64,000 bases of DNA from Smithellaceae bacterium (GTDB lineage Bacteria > Desulfobacterota > Syntrophia > Syntrophales > Smithellaceae), in the NCBI GenBank assembly GCA_963667845.2, contig CAXXVL010000002.1:704001-768000 (forward strand). The letters run 5' to 3'. This document shows positions 33,658 through 44,325 of the stretch, one piece after another. Position 1 is the first letter of the stretch, and every line of letters starts with the position of its first letter. Both the position numbers and the translations under genes were made by a program. A model generated the notes under the pieces. The model was not told where the DNA came from and ran no database searches. It was given only the letters and a program-made list of their open reading frames with translations.

Positions 33658-34135
33658 ACATCAATCCTTCTGCTTTGCGCATCAGGTAAAAAAAGCCGAC
33701 GGACAGAACACTGATGATCAAAGCCTGCGGCGCAAAAACAAAAAACATGTTACTCAACATGTCAAATTCAAATACAATATCGTAAATCAGTACGAGCGCC
33801 ACCGACTCAAGAAGAGAACAAATCAGGCTGAACAGGGCGATGAGATACAGCTTTTCCGAAACAATCCTCAATGAAACAAAAAAAGAAAGTAAAAAAATGC
33901 ATACATAGATCAGCGTAAATAAACCCAAAGGTGCTCCAGATATGCAGTCAAAGACAAACCCCATGATAAGAGAAAGGACAATCCCCTTCATTAAGTCCAA
34001 ACGAAATCCCGCATAAATCACAACAACAAGCGAGAGTTCCAGCGTCAGCCAGCCCGAGAAGAGGATATCGGCCAAAGTGGTCTGCAAAACGACCAGCAAA
34101 ATGGCGATTACAGGCAGAACGAGATAGTAAATCAT
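33596..34135 (-). CDS. mreD: Rod shape-determining protein MreD
   Basis: Hydrophobic multi-TM protein between mreC and mrdA. Confidence 0.82.
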   Translation of the reverse strand: MIYYLVLPVIAILLVVLQTTLADILFSGWLTLELSLVVVIYAGFRLDLMKGIVLSLIMGFVFDCISGAPLGLFTLIYVCIFLLSFFVSLRIVSEKLYLIALFSLICSLLESVALVLIYDIVFEFDMLSNMFFVFAPQALIISVLSVGFFYLMRKAEGLMYGKTMQPAQRTGTNGISTEA

Positions 34136-34974
34136 TTTTTGGTTTTCATTTCCGCAGGAGCCTGTTTTTGATCCGTTAAAACCATGACTTCTTCCAGCAT
34201 CGCAAAATCAGCAAAGGGGACCACCCGGATTTGCAAAAACAATCCGACATCCATTCTATCTACATGGCTCACTTTGCCGACAAGCAATCCCTTGGGAAAA
34301 ATATTGCTCATTCCGGATGTCACAACCAAATCGCCTTCCTTCACATCCTGAATCTTTGAAATATACCGGATGACGCAGCCGCGTGATCCGGCGCCGCGGA
34401 CAATACCCTGCACCCTTGTCCGCTGAATCAGGACATCGACATTAGAGTTTTCATCAATGAGCAGAAGAACTTTCGAACTGCTCCAGGAGACATCCGTCAA
34501 TCTGCCGATTAAGCCGGGAGAAACAAGAACCGGCATTCCCGGAGCCAGGCCATGCGCACTGCCTTTGTTGATCCACAATGTTTTGGAAAGCGCCGCCTGT
34601 TCTTTGCCAATGACCCGGGCAGCTATAAAACTGCGTTGATGCTCTTCCTGTAATGAAAGGAGTTTTCTCAGTCGTTGCGCTTCCAGATATCCTTCTTTGT
34701 AAAGGATCAACTCCGATTGGATTACGGCTATTTTGTTCTTCAAATTTCGATTATCTTCTTCCAGGCCCACCAGATGAATATAACGCATCCACGCATTTTC
34801 AACGCCATCGATTGAAGCATTGAAAAATTTTTGAACAGGCGCAGCCACTTCCAGTATCAGCTTCTTTACCGGGCCTGTGCCCGTGTCGTATTTTATACTA
34901 TACGAAAGCAGAATAAGAGCGGCCGCAATAACTGCGCCCACAAAGATGACGGTTCGATAATTCTTAAAAACCAT
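34132..34974 (-). CDS. mreC: Rod shape-determining protein MreC
   Basis: Coiled coil, INKGS..G, VTSG..IFPKGL.VG. Confidence 0.95.
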   Translation of the reverse strand: MVFKNYRTVIFVGAVIAAALILLSYSIKYDTGTGPVKKLILEVAAPVQKFFNASIDGVENAWMRYIHLVGLEEDNRNLKNKIAVIQSELILYKEGYLEAQRLRKLLSLQEEHQRSFIAARVIGKEQAALSKTLWINKGSAHGLAPGMPVLVSPGLIGRLTDVSWSSSKVLLLIDENSNVDVLIQRTRVQGIVRGAGSRGCVIRYISKIQDVKEGDLVVTSGMSNIFPKGLLVGKVSHVDRMDVGLFLQIRVVPFADFAMLEEVMVLTDQKQAPAEMKTKK

Positions 34975-35021
34975 TTCCTACCTGATATCTTCCGCCAGCA
35001 AAGACTGATTCGTTAACGACA

Positions 35022-36092
<1,071 letters not shown>

Positions 36093-36239
36093 TTATATAT
36101 TTTTTCGTCTATATCGTATTTCATTCCCCTAAGCAACGCATTTTTAAAATGTGTTTGCAATTTGTAAATGACTGTAATACTAACGATTCAGAGTTTACTC
36201 ATTTTTGATTTACTCAATATTCTCTTTCGAGGTGATTAT

Positions 36240-37835
36240 ATGCTGAAGTTCTTCCGCAAGCACGCACGAGGTTGGTTCATGCTTGTTTTCATGGCCATCA
36301 TTATTTTTGTTTTTGTTCTCTATTTCGGAACAGACAGAGGTTCGCGCGCGGCTAATGCCCTGGCCATTGTTGACGGCGTTCCGATCAGCGAAGCCGAATA
36401 TTATAGCGAATACTCAAAAATGACGGATGCGGTGAGAGCGCGATACGGTGGCGCCTTAACGGCCGATATGCTCAAACAAATGAATCTGAAAAAAGCCGCT
36501 TATGATAACCTGATCAACCGCCAGATCATCATTGCCAAAGCGCGCGATTTGAAGCTGCAAGTATCCGATGATGAGCTGAAACAAATGATTATGACTATGC
36601 CCGCCCTGCAAACAGACGGGAAGTTTGACAACTACAAATACAAACAATTACTTAGATTTAACAAGCTTTCGGCCGAAGATTTCGAGGCCAGCCAGAAAAT
36701 TAATCTGGCAGCGGGCAAAATTGAAGCGATCATCCAGGAGGGAATTAAAGTATCCGATCAGGAAGTGCTTGATCTCTATTCTATGCAAAACCAGAAAATC
36801 AACCTCGCTTTTGTTCAAATTTCAGACAAAGATTTCTCCGGGCGCATCAACCCGACAACCAGTGCTCTGGAAAATTACCTGAAAAACAACGGAAATGCAT
36901 TTCGCATTCCCGAGCAAGTAAAGATCAAGTACCTGTATTTTGCGGGCGACGTATTTTCGTCGGGCGAAATCAGTTCATCTGATATCAAGGATTATTACAG
37001 CCAGCATAAGGATAACTACAAAGGCAAAGACGGCAAACCCATGGGGCTGGAACAAGCGACACCGGCGATCATCAAAGAACTGAAACAGGGACGGGGTGTG
37101 CAGAATGCCTTCAGTGAAGCCAAGAAAGCACACGATACAATCTACCAGAAGAATAATTTCGATGCTTATGCCGCCGAAAACAATCTAAAGGTTCATACTG
37201 CCGATTTTTTCCCGCTGAACAAGCCGCCTCAGACGCTGGCCGCCGTGAAAGATCTGGCTGAACAGCTGTCCGGTTTGCAGAAAAATGATATCAGCAAGGT
37301 CCTAAACGGGGGGAATGGCTATTTCGTAATCTATATAGATGATCATAAGGCTGCCTATACTCCGCAACTCAAAGATATTGTCGACGAAGTACGGAAAGAA
37401 TATATCAAGAGCGAGCAGGATAAGATCGCCGGTGAGGAAGCTTCGGCAATGCTGGAGAAATTACAAAAAGGAGAAAGCTTGGAGAAACTGGCGGGGAAAA
37501 GCCTGAAGATTCAGGAAACCGGGTTATTTCAGCCCGGCAGCGTCATTCCAAAACTCGGTTCTCACCCGGAAGCCATGGAAATGCTTTTGTCACTTTCGTT
37601 GAAACACCCTTATGCAGAAAAGCCGTTAAAAATTGATAATACTTACGTAATTTTCAAGCTCAAAGAAATGAGTGCTCTGGAAACGAAAGATTTCGAAGCC
37701 AAGAAAGATATTTACAGGAAAGTGGCAATGAACTTGAAGCGGGAAGAAGCGATGAAATCATGGCTGGAAGGTAATAAGACCGCTATGATCCAGGAAAAAC
37801 GATTGAAGATCAATAAAGACGCAAAAGATTTATAA
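36240..37835 (+). CDS. SurA N-terminal domain / PpiD-like membrane-anchored periplasmic chaperone
   Basis: ML.FFRK start plus TM anchor, SurA_N-like region (VSDDEL..I...PALQ.DGKFD), rotamase-like central region. Confidence 0.82.
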   Translation: MLKFFRKHARGWFMLVFMAIIIFVFVLYFGTDRGSRAANALAIVDGVPISEAEYYSEYSKMTDAVRARYGGALTADMLKQMNLKKAAYDNLINRQIIIAKARDLKLQVSDDELKQMIMTMPALQTDGKFDNYKYKQLLRFNKLSAEDFEASQKINLAAGKIEAIIQEGIKVSDQEVLDLYSMQNQKINLAFVQISDKDFSGRINPTTSALENYLKNNGNAFRIPEQVKIKYLYFAGDVFSSGEISSSDIKDYYSQHKDNYKGKDGKPMGLEQATPAIIKELKQGRGVQNAFSEAKKAHDTIYQKNNFDAYAAENNLKVHTADFFPLNKPPQTLAAVKDLAEQLSGLQKNDISKVLNGGNGYFVIYIDDHKAAYTPQLKDIVDEVRKEYIKSEQDKIAGEEASAMLEKLQKGESLEKLAGKSLKIQETGLFQPGSVIPKLGSHPEAMEMLLSLSLKHPYAEKPLKIDNTYVIFKLKEMSALETKDFEAKKDIYRKVAMNLKREEAMKSWLEGNKTAMIQEKRLKINKDAKDL

Positions 37836-37865
37836 AGGTTGACTGCACACCATCGATCCGAGTCG

Positions 37866-37905
37866 AAAAAAGGGAAGAACGATTGTTCGCGTTCTTCCCT
37901 TTTTT
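37866..37905. terminator. Bidirectional intrinsic terminator between the ppiD-like gene and tRNA-Ala
   Basis: AAAAAAGGGAAGAAC / GTTCTTCCCTTTTTT inverted repeat. Confidence 0.85.
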
Positions 37906-37910
37906 GTTTT

Positions 37911-37986
<76 letters not shown>

Positions 37987-38053
37987 AATATGCATCACTG
38001 AATTGACGAGCCCCCTTAACATGTGCTTTTGCGGCTTGTCAACAGTTTTTAGC

Positions 38054-38081
38054 TTGACATTTTGCCCCCCGTCTATATAAT
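38054..38081 (+). promoter_or_regulatory. Consensus sigma70 promoter for tRNA-Leu
   Basis: TTGACA (38054-38059), 16 bp spacer, TATAAT (38076-38081), followed by a GC-rich discriminator. Confidence 0.8.
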
Positions 38082-38090
38082 CGCGCCCGT

Positions 38091-38178
38091 GCCGGAGTGG
38101 TGAAACTGGTAGACGCAGGGGACTCAAAATCCCCCTTTCCTTGCGAAAGTGTCGGTTCGATTCCGACCTCCGGCACCA
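38091..38178 (+). tRNA. tRNA-Leu(CAA)
   Basis: GCCGGAGTGGTGAAACTGGTAGAC...GGGGA-CTCAAAA-TCCCC, long variable arm, GTTCGA, ends CGGCACCA. Confidence 0.96.
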
Positions 38179-38433
38179 TATTATTGCAATTATCATAGCG
38201 AAACTTCGATTCGATTCGTCAAATCAAACGATCCTGTTTCCTTGACCTGAACGTAATTATCAGAGAATAAATCCCTTTGACATACATCTAAGAGCTTCTC
38301 GATTTTCCAAATCGAATTCTGTCACAGTTCCCCTTGACAGTCGAAGGAGCGTTTTCTATACTGTCGTAGTGGCTCTTTTAACTAAAATCTCCCTCCCTAT
38401 GGCAATCTTGCCTCGATTGATCAAAGGAATCCT

Positions 38434-40107
38434 ATGAAGACGTGCATAAAGAAAATTTTGATCCTTTTTGTTTTGGCCGGTATTTTCTATTCTTGGGGTT
38501 GCTCGTCTTCCGGAACGGATGGCAAACCAGCGGAAGTCAGTTTGACGGTAAAAGCGAACATCGCACTGTCGGATGCGGAGGATAATCCGTCAGTCGTTGA
38601 ACCAGTCGATGTCATACAATTAAGTTTCAGCAGGCAATTAAATGTCGATACCATTCAAGACAACATTGAGCTTGCCAGGATTAAAGTGTCGGGCGATGCG
38701 GAAATTATCCCTTGCCAAACGGAAAGTCTGCAAAACCAGGTTTTGGTGTTCAAACTGGACAGGACGAAGTTAAAGGAAGGCGAGGAATATAGACTTCTGG
38801 TCAAAAAGGGCATCTTATCGACCGATGGTGTGACATTGGCTGCGGATTTTATCGGATTCTTTGCAATCAGTCACTCTTTCAGCCTGGATAATGTGCCACT
38901 GACCGGTTTAACAGAAAGCCGGGCAGTAATTATGTGCATCAGCGACCTGCATCTGGGAGATGATCGCAGCTTCAACAGCGGTTATGGCTGGCTGAATGAT
39001 AATCGTTCATTACTGGCGGGCTTCCTCAATAGGGTCAGATTGTCACCTAACATAAAAGAATTGGTCATTGCGGGGGATTTGTTTGATGAATGGGTTGCTC
39101 CCATGGACGTAGACCCGTTAAATGGAAAGTCGCAATCGGAGTTCCTGAATTCCATTGTAACATCCAACCAGAACATCATCGATGCGCTGAACAATATCAT
39201 TCAAGACGGTTTAATTAAAGTAACCTACGTTCCCGGCAATCACGACATGCTGGTGACATCCGGAGATATCGATAGAATTTTCCCGGGCATCGCGCAGGCC
39301 CGGGATGCGGAGGGACTGGGCAAATATACCCCGCCGGACAGGCAGGAAATTATTATCGAGCACGGGCACCGATACGACTTCTATAATGCTCCGGATCCCA
39401 TTTCGAATCAGGGCATAACTGCATCCCCCCTGTTGCCGCCCGGCTTCTTTGTTTCGAAAATTGCGGCAACATCGGACTTGAAGCAAACCTCAAGCAGAGA
39501 AACACGAATGCCGATCGCACCAGAGAAACCCAAGGGAAGCGATTTTAAATATTGGCTTTACCTGGGAGCCTGGGAAGTCATCCTGTCTCAAAAACCGGTT
39601 GAAGTGCCGCGGAGCGCCAAAATCATTAAAACAGGGATAAACGGATATACAGCCCTGTATGCGATTAACGACCTGGTTCCGCAGGATATCGGCCGTGGAA
39701 TACTGGATGTCAACCTATATAAAGATATCGAAGATACGTGGCCGGACAGGCAGACGAGAAATCTTGTGCCGAGTCATATTTCAACTGCGGAAGCAGTTGC
39801 CGCCGGAGCACTCAATATTGTATTAGACGCTCAGGCACTGAAACAATATATTTTAGCTCCCGCCTCTCTGAAGAGAATCGTCGTCTTCGGGCATACCCAC
39901 AAAACAATTCTCGTTCAATACCCTCTCTATAAAGCCGTCTATATCAACACCGGAACGTGGATTGACAGCGTTTCTCCGGCGGCAACATTTGCCATCATCG
40001 TTCCGCCGCAGAGTGACATGCCCGCAAGTTATCTGGCAACGTATCAGTATTTAAACGATGGGAGTATTAAGAGATTGGATCATGCCGTCATTACCTACAA
40101 ACAATAG
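38434..40107 (+). CDS. Lipoprotein with an Ig-like (SbsA/Big_5-type) domain and a calcineurin-like metallophosphoesterase domain
   Basis: Lipobox-like SWGC; I.LSFS..LN..TI Ig-like segment; DLHLGD, GDLFD, GNHD, HGH, GHTH motifs. Confidence 0.82.
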   Translation: MKTCIKKILILFVLAGIFYSWGCSSSGTDGKPAEVSLTVKANIALSDAEDNPSVVEPVDVIQLSFSRQLNVDTIQDNIELARIKVSGDAEIIPCQTESLQNQVLVFKLDRTKLKEGEEYRLLVKKGILSTDGVTLAADFIGFFAISHSFSLDNVPLTGLTESRAVIMCISDLHLGDDRSFNSGYGWLNDNRSLLAGFLNRVRLSPNIKELVIAGDLFDEWVAPMDVDPLNGKSQSEFLNSIVTSNQNIIDALNNIIQDGLIKVTYVPGNHDMLVTSGDIDRIFPGIAQARDAEGLGKYTPPDRQEIIIEHGHRYDFYNAPDPISNQGITASPLLPPGFFVSKIAATSDLKQTSSRETRMPIAPEKPKGSDFKYWLYLGAWEVILSQKPVEVPRSAKIIKTGINGYTALYAINDLVPQDIGRGILDVNLYKDIEDTWPDRQTRNLVPSHISTAEAVAAGALNIVLDAQALKQYILAPASLKRIVVFGHTHKTILVQYPLYKAVYINTGTWIDSVSPAATFAIIVPPQSDMPASYLATYQYLNDGSIKRLDHAVITYKQ

Positions 40108-40247
40108 CTTGGCAAGTTAGGCTATTGTTGGCAAGTCTTCTATTGACGCTTAACAAAGTTTCTTCCTTAGGTCTTCTTCCGGTAAGAGATTGGGTGATCT
40201 CCGGAAAAAGTTTCAGTCAGCTATCAGCTTCGATGCCAGCGTCGCAA

Positions 40248-41201
40248 TCAATTTTTGAAGTCAGTTGGAACTGCCTTGTAGTCTTTTAAGAAATCGACAA
40301 ATGTTTGATGGTGCCTGCGAAACTCAAATTGCTTGAGATAAATTAAATAAAATCTGCGCTCAATGCGGCAAGCGACAATCGGAATCTCGAAAAGCGTTTT
40401 CGAGGCCAATTCTCTTCTCACTGCATGAATGGAAAGGACGGATACACCAAGCCCGGCCATAATCGCTTCCTTGATCGCCTCGGAGCTGCCGAATTCCGCG
40501 CAAATGTTGAATTGCGAAATGCCCGTTGACTTCTTTTCTTTAAGATACTTTTCGAAAACATCCCGCGTCGCTGATCCTTTTTCCCGGAGAACAAATGGCT
40601 CATTCATCAATTCGGAAAGGTCTATTAAACCTCTCCTGACCCAGGGATGAAGTCGGGGAACCACCAGAACCAGCCGATCGCTCCAGATGGGTTCCGCTTT
40701 CAGTTTCCGGTCGAGAGGCTCTTTACCGATGCAGCCGATCTCGACTTCGCGATCCAGCACCATATTCAATACTTCTTCACTGTCCTCCGTTTTGATGAAG
40801 ATCCGGGTATCGGCGTGCTGCTTTTTAAAGGAACTTACGACGTGGGGAAGAATATAGGTTGCGGGAATAGTACTCGCACCAATATAGATATCGCCTCCTG
40901 CATGCTCATGTAACGTCTGAATTTTTTCGCCCGCTTCTTTCCTCAGCTTGATCATCCGCAACGCTACGTCGTAAAGGATCTTCCCTTCCGGTGTCAAAGA
41001 AACGCCCGTATTGCTGCGGTTGACCACTTTCACGCCGAGGCAAACTTCGATGTTGCGGATATTTTTTGTAAGTGCGGGCTGCGTTAACAGCATGCTTTTG
41101 GCCGCCCGGCTGAAACTGCGCTCTTCAACCAAAGCAATGAGTGCCTCCAATTGCTGAAGTGTAATATTTTTGAATCGGTCGTTTGTCATGTCCAGTGACA
41201 T
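40248..41201 (-). CDS. LysR family transcriptional regulator (CysL / selenium-associated subgroup-like); start uncertain
   Basis: SFSRAAKSMLLTQPALT HTH; GASTIPATYILP; REKGSATR; SSEAIKEA. Confidence 0.92.
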   Translation of the reverse strand: MSLDMTNDRFKNITLQQLEALIALVEERSFSRAAKSMLLTQPALTKNIRNIEVCLGVKVVNRSNTGVSLTPEGKILYDVALRMIKLRKEAGEKIQTLHEHAGGDIYIGASTIPATYILPHVVSSFKKQHADTRIFIKTEDSEEVLNMVLDREVEIGCIGKEPLDRKLKAEPIWSDRLVLVVPRLHPWVRRGLIDLSELMNEPFVLREKGSATRDVFEKYLKEKKSTGISQFNICAEFGSSEAIKEAIMAGLGVSVLSIHAVRRELASKTLFEIPIVACRIERRFYLIYLKQFEFRRHHQTFVDFLKDYKAVPTDFKN

Positions 41202-41364
41202 AACATAAATATTTTCCCTCCACAAAGCCTATATCGACTGATCCTGATTGGCGTGGTCGTCGACCTTTTTCAATAACGCCTCTTACCGGATTATGATATG
41301 ATTTGTCGCGACATGAGAAAACCTCCGGATGATTTCCGGACGATAAAATACGAAGGAGGAATTT

Positions 41365-42153
41365 ATGAAACTCACGGAAATCTTTTCACTCAAGGGAAAA
41401 GTGGCGCTGGTCACAGGCGGCGGCCGCGGCATCGGTAAATTCATTGCCACAGGGCTTGCCGAAGCGGGAGCCGATATCATTCTGACTTCCCGCAAGTTAA
41501 AAGATCTTGAAGAAACAGCCGGACAATTGGCGACCGATTTCAAAGTGAAGGCGGTGGCGATCGCTTCAGACATGGCCAAAGAAGACACCGTCGAGTCGAT
41601 GCTTCAGGAAGCCATGAAGAAATTCGGACGCATCGATATTCTGGTCAACAATGCCGGTGCAACCTGGGGCGCTCCTACGCTGGATTTTCCACTGGAGAAA
41701 TGGGATCAGCTTTTCAATGTTAACGTTCGCGGTGTCTGGGTGCTGACTCAGAAAGTCGCCCGCATCATGAAGGAACAGGGCGGCGGCAATATCATCAATA
41801 TTTCTTCGGTGATGGCGTTTCGCGGTTCCACGGAAGAAGGCCACCCAGCTGTACCTTATAATTCAACGAAAGCCGCGATCAATCTTTTGACGATGAATCT
41901 AGCTGTAAAGCTTGCTCCTTTCAACATACGCGTTAACGCGATTGCGCCGGGATTCTTCCACACGGATATGATGGCCTATATCGATAAGCCTGAATTTAAA
42001 AGGGTGCGAGATGCTATTCTTCATGAAATTCCGCTGCGTCGCGTCGGAGAAATGGACGACATGAAAGGCGCCGCTGTATTCCTAGCCTCACCCGCTTCGG
42101 CTTTCATAACCGGCCACATTATGGTTGTCGACGGCGGCCAGATCGCTAAATAG
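41365..42153 (+). CDS. Short-chain dehydrogenase/reductase (gluconate 5-dehydrogenase-like)
   Basis: TGGGRGIG, NNAG, YNSTK, RVNAIAPG. Confidence 0.93.
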   Translation: MKLTEIFSLKGKVALVTGGGRGIGKFIATGLAEAGADIILTSRKLKDLEETAGQLATDFKVKAVAIASDMAKEDTVESMLQEAMKKFGRIDILVNNAGATWGAPTLDFPLEKWDQLFNVNVRGVWVLTQKVARIMKEQGGGNIINISSVMAFRGSTEEGHPAVPYNSTKAAINLLTMNLAVKLAPFNIRVNAIAPGFFHTDMMAYIDKPEFKRVRDAILHEIPLRRVGEMDDMKGAAVFLASPASAFITGHIMVVDGGQIAK

Positions 42154-42188
42154 ACGCATGAGATTGCCGCGGTACCTCGCCGAAAAAG

Positions 42189-42226
42189 AAAAAGCCCGAT
42201 TGTCGACATGGGCAATCGGGCTTTTT
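42189..42226. terminator. Bidirectional intrinsic terminator between the SDR gene and the mtrB-like gene
   Basis: AAAAAGCCCGATTG / CAATCGGGCTTTTT inverted repeat. Confidence 0.85.
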
Positions 42227-42229
42227 CCA

Positions 42230-44314
42230 TCAGAATTTCACATTGAGACTGAGAAATACGACATGAACGTGATAGGAGGGATCTGCATAAGCCCCTGTCA
42301 GATAACCCGTTGCTCCCGGCACATAAAGATAGTTTCTGTACTGGGAATCTTCGGATGAAAACGACTCGTAGGCATAAGTTGCCGACAGGGCCATCATCTT
42401 CGTTATTTGATAGGTTGCTTTGGCCACGTAATTGTTCAGACGATAATTGTCCCAGGCATTGAGGTCGATGTTATCCTGGGTCTGCCCGGCGGGCAGAGGC
42501 AAGGCACCCAGCAGATACGTATAATCGATCGTCCCGTCCGACTTGATTGAATTGTGAAGCAGGCTCAGAGTTAATTTGTCCGTGATAATGGAAATGTCCG
42601 CTCCTACACCGTAGCCATACGAATTTTCCTTCGCATCGGAGGTCCAATTGAAATTCGCCGCCGTCGGTGCGGTCGCCGGATCCGTGTATGTGGTTGCCTG
42701 GCGCTGGAACTGATTCAAAGTACGCTGCTCGAAATCAAAATAACCGAACAGCCGCACGCGTTTGTGGATTTGCCAATCAGCATCGGCATTCACTTCATGG
42801 GTCTTCGTATCGTTGAGGCCGAGGATCGTATCCTTGTAATCAGTGTGCTTATACCTGTATCCGACGTTCAGGCTCAATGTATCCAGGGGAAAGAATTCGA
42901 CGGACGCCTTATAGGTATTTCTCGTCTGGGCTGCGGCATCAAACCGACGGATCCAGGGTTCGAAACTGACGGGAACAAGCGGAATGGGAATGTTGAACTC
43001 AGCCGCCCGGTCCAGATATTCATAGCCTGCTTTGGCAGTCATAAACTTAAGTCCGCTCCATTTCACCCCGAGATCGAAGAGGTTGTCCCGATTCTTCGGA
43101 ATATCTTCCCGGGCTCTCTCCGTTTTGGTGAAACTGTAAGCGCCATCGACGCGAAATTTGGCAGGCAGCTTGGCACCGACTTCAATGCCGTAAACATTTT
43201 TGCGATAGTCGAAGAGATCGTTGGTGAAGATCCCCCCGTCATTTGTTGCAATGATATCAGACTTGTTGTCTTTGTTATAATATTTGTAAAAGACTTTCGC
43301 ATTGAGAAAGGACACCGGATTAGATGTCAAGGCCAGATTCAACTGGTCTGTGTTGACGTTGCCGTTGAAATTGGCGCTGCTCAACGTAATACCGGTTAAT
43401 CCCCCCGGCACATCGGACACATAAGCGTTTGCCAGTCTCGCATGAGAACGTGCCCGGGCCAGCGAAAAGTCGGCGCTGAATTTACTATGGAAGGGCAGCG
43501 CCACCCCGCCCTTGAAGCCGATCTTCTGATAATCATTCTCCGGCGGAAGGAACAGGGTATCCACTGCAGCTGCCGTATTCGCCGTGGCCGGGTTGCGGAA
43601 ATTCTGAATCCCGTCGCCATTTTCGAAACGACTGTAAAAATAGTTGAAGGACAAGAACAGCGGCTTGGTTGAGTAACCAAAGTCCAATTTGAGGTTGTCG
43701 GTTTTATAATCAATATAAGTCGGCAACTCAATGGCAATCCCGCCGGGAGAAGTCCCGGCGGCTCCCAGAGGATACACTCCTGATTTTCTCTGCTGATCAA
43801 CATTGACATCCACATAAAAAGGATTAAGCAAATCGAATTTTAAGGCACCGCCCAGATTCTTTCGCTTGGTGGTATAGTCGAACGTGTTCCATGCCAACGG
43901 ATTGGCCACCGGCGTCGGCCCGGCGTAACTGAGATTATTTGTTCCTACACCGGAATACAGGGTTCGTGCGTCGTAGGTGAAGTTATGGGGAATTTCATCG
44001 TAATAGAACTTCATTTTGAAAATGTCCCACCAACCGGCCTCCAGCAAATAGCTCTGCGTGTCGTAGGCGATATCTTTCGACTCAAACAGAAGAAACTGTT
44101 TCGGCCTGTCATACTTCAGGTTGATGCTCCCGTACACTCCATCCCTGATATCCCGGTACTCGTTGAATTTGGCGCTTGTGTCTTTCCCTTCCCGGAGGGC
44201 GCCCGTCACCGTGATATCACCCGACAGTTTATTTTCTTTATTTTCCTGGCCATAAGCGGCTCCCCAAAGTGCCAAGATTGCGACGACTATTGTAACTGTT
44301 TTGATTCCTTTCAT
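42230..44314 (-). CDS. MtrB/PioB family outer-membrane beta-barrel porin
   Basis: Signal peptide, SAKFNEYRD and LPPEND motifs, amphipathic beta-strands, C-terminal Phe; directly downstream of the decaheme cytochrome gene. Confidence 0.88.
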   Translation of the reverse strand: MKGIKTVTIVVAILALWGAAYGQENKENKLSGDITVTGALREGKDTSAKFNEYRDIRDGVYGSINLKYDRPKQFLLFESKDIAYDTQSYLLEAGWWDIFKMKFYYDEIPHNFTYDARTLYSGVGTNNLSYAGPTPVANPLAWNTFDYTTKRKNLGGALKFDLLNPFYVDVNVDQQRKSGVYPLGAAGTSPGGIAIELPTYIDYKTDNLKLDFGYSTKPLFLSFNYFYSRFENGDGIQNFRNPATANTAAAVDTLFLPPENDYQKIGFKGGVALPFHSKFSADFSLARARSHARLANAYVSDVPGGLTGITLSSANFNGNVNTDQLNLALTSNPVSFLNAKVFYKYYNKDNKSDIIATNDGGIFTNDLFDYRKNVYGIEVGAKLPAKFRVDGAYSFTKTERAREDIPKNRDNLFDLGVKWSGLKFMTAKAGYEYLDRAAEFNIPIPLVPVSFEPWIRRFDAAAQTRNTYKASVEFFPLDTLSLNVGYRYKHTDYKDTILGLNDTKTHEVNADADWQIHKRVRLFGYFDFEQRTLNQFQRQATTYTDPATAPTAANFNWTSDAKENSYGYGVGADISIITDKLTLSLLHNSIKSDGTIDYTYLLGALPLPAGQTQDNIDLNAWDNYRLNNYVAKATYQITKMMALSATYAYESFSSEDSQYRNYLYVPGATGYLTGAYADPSYHVHVVFLSLNVKF

Positions 44315-44325
44315 CGGTTCACCTC

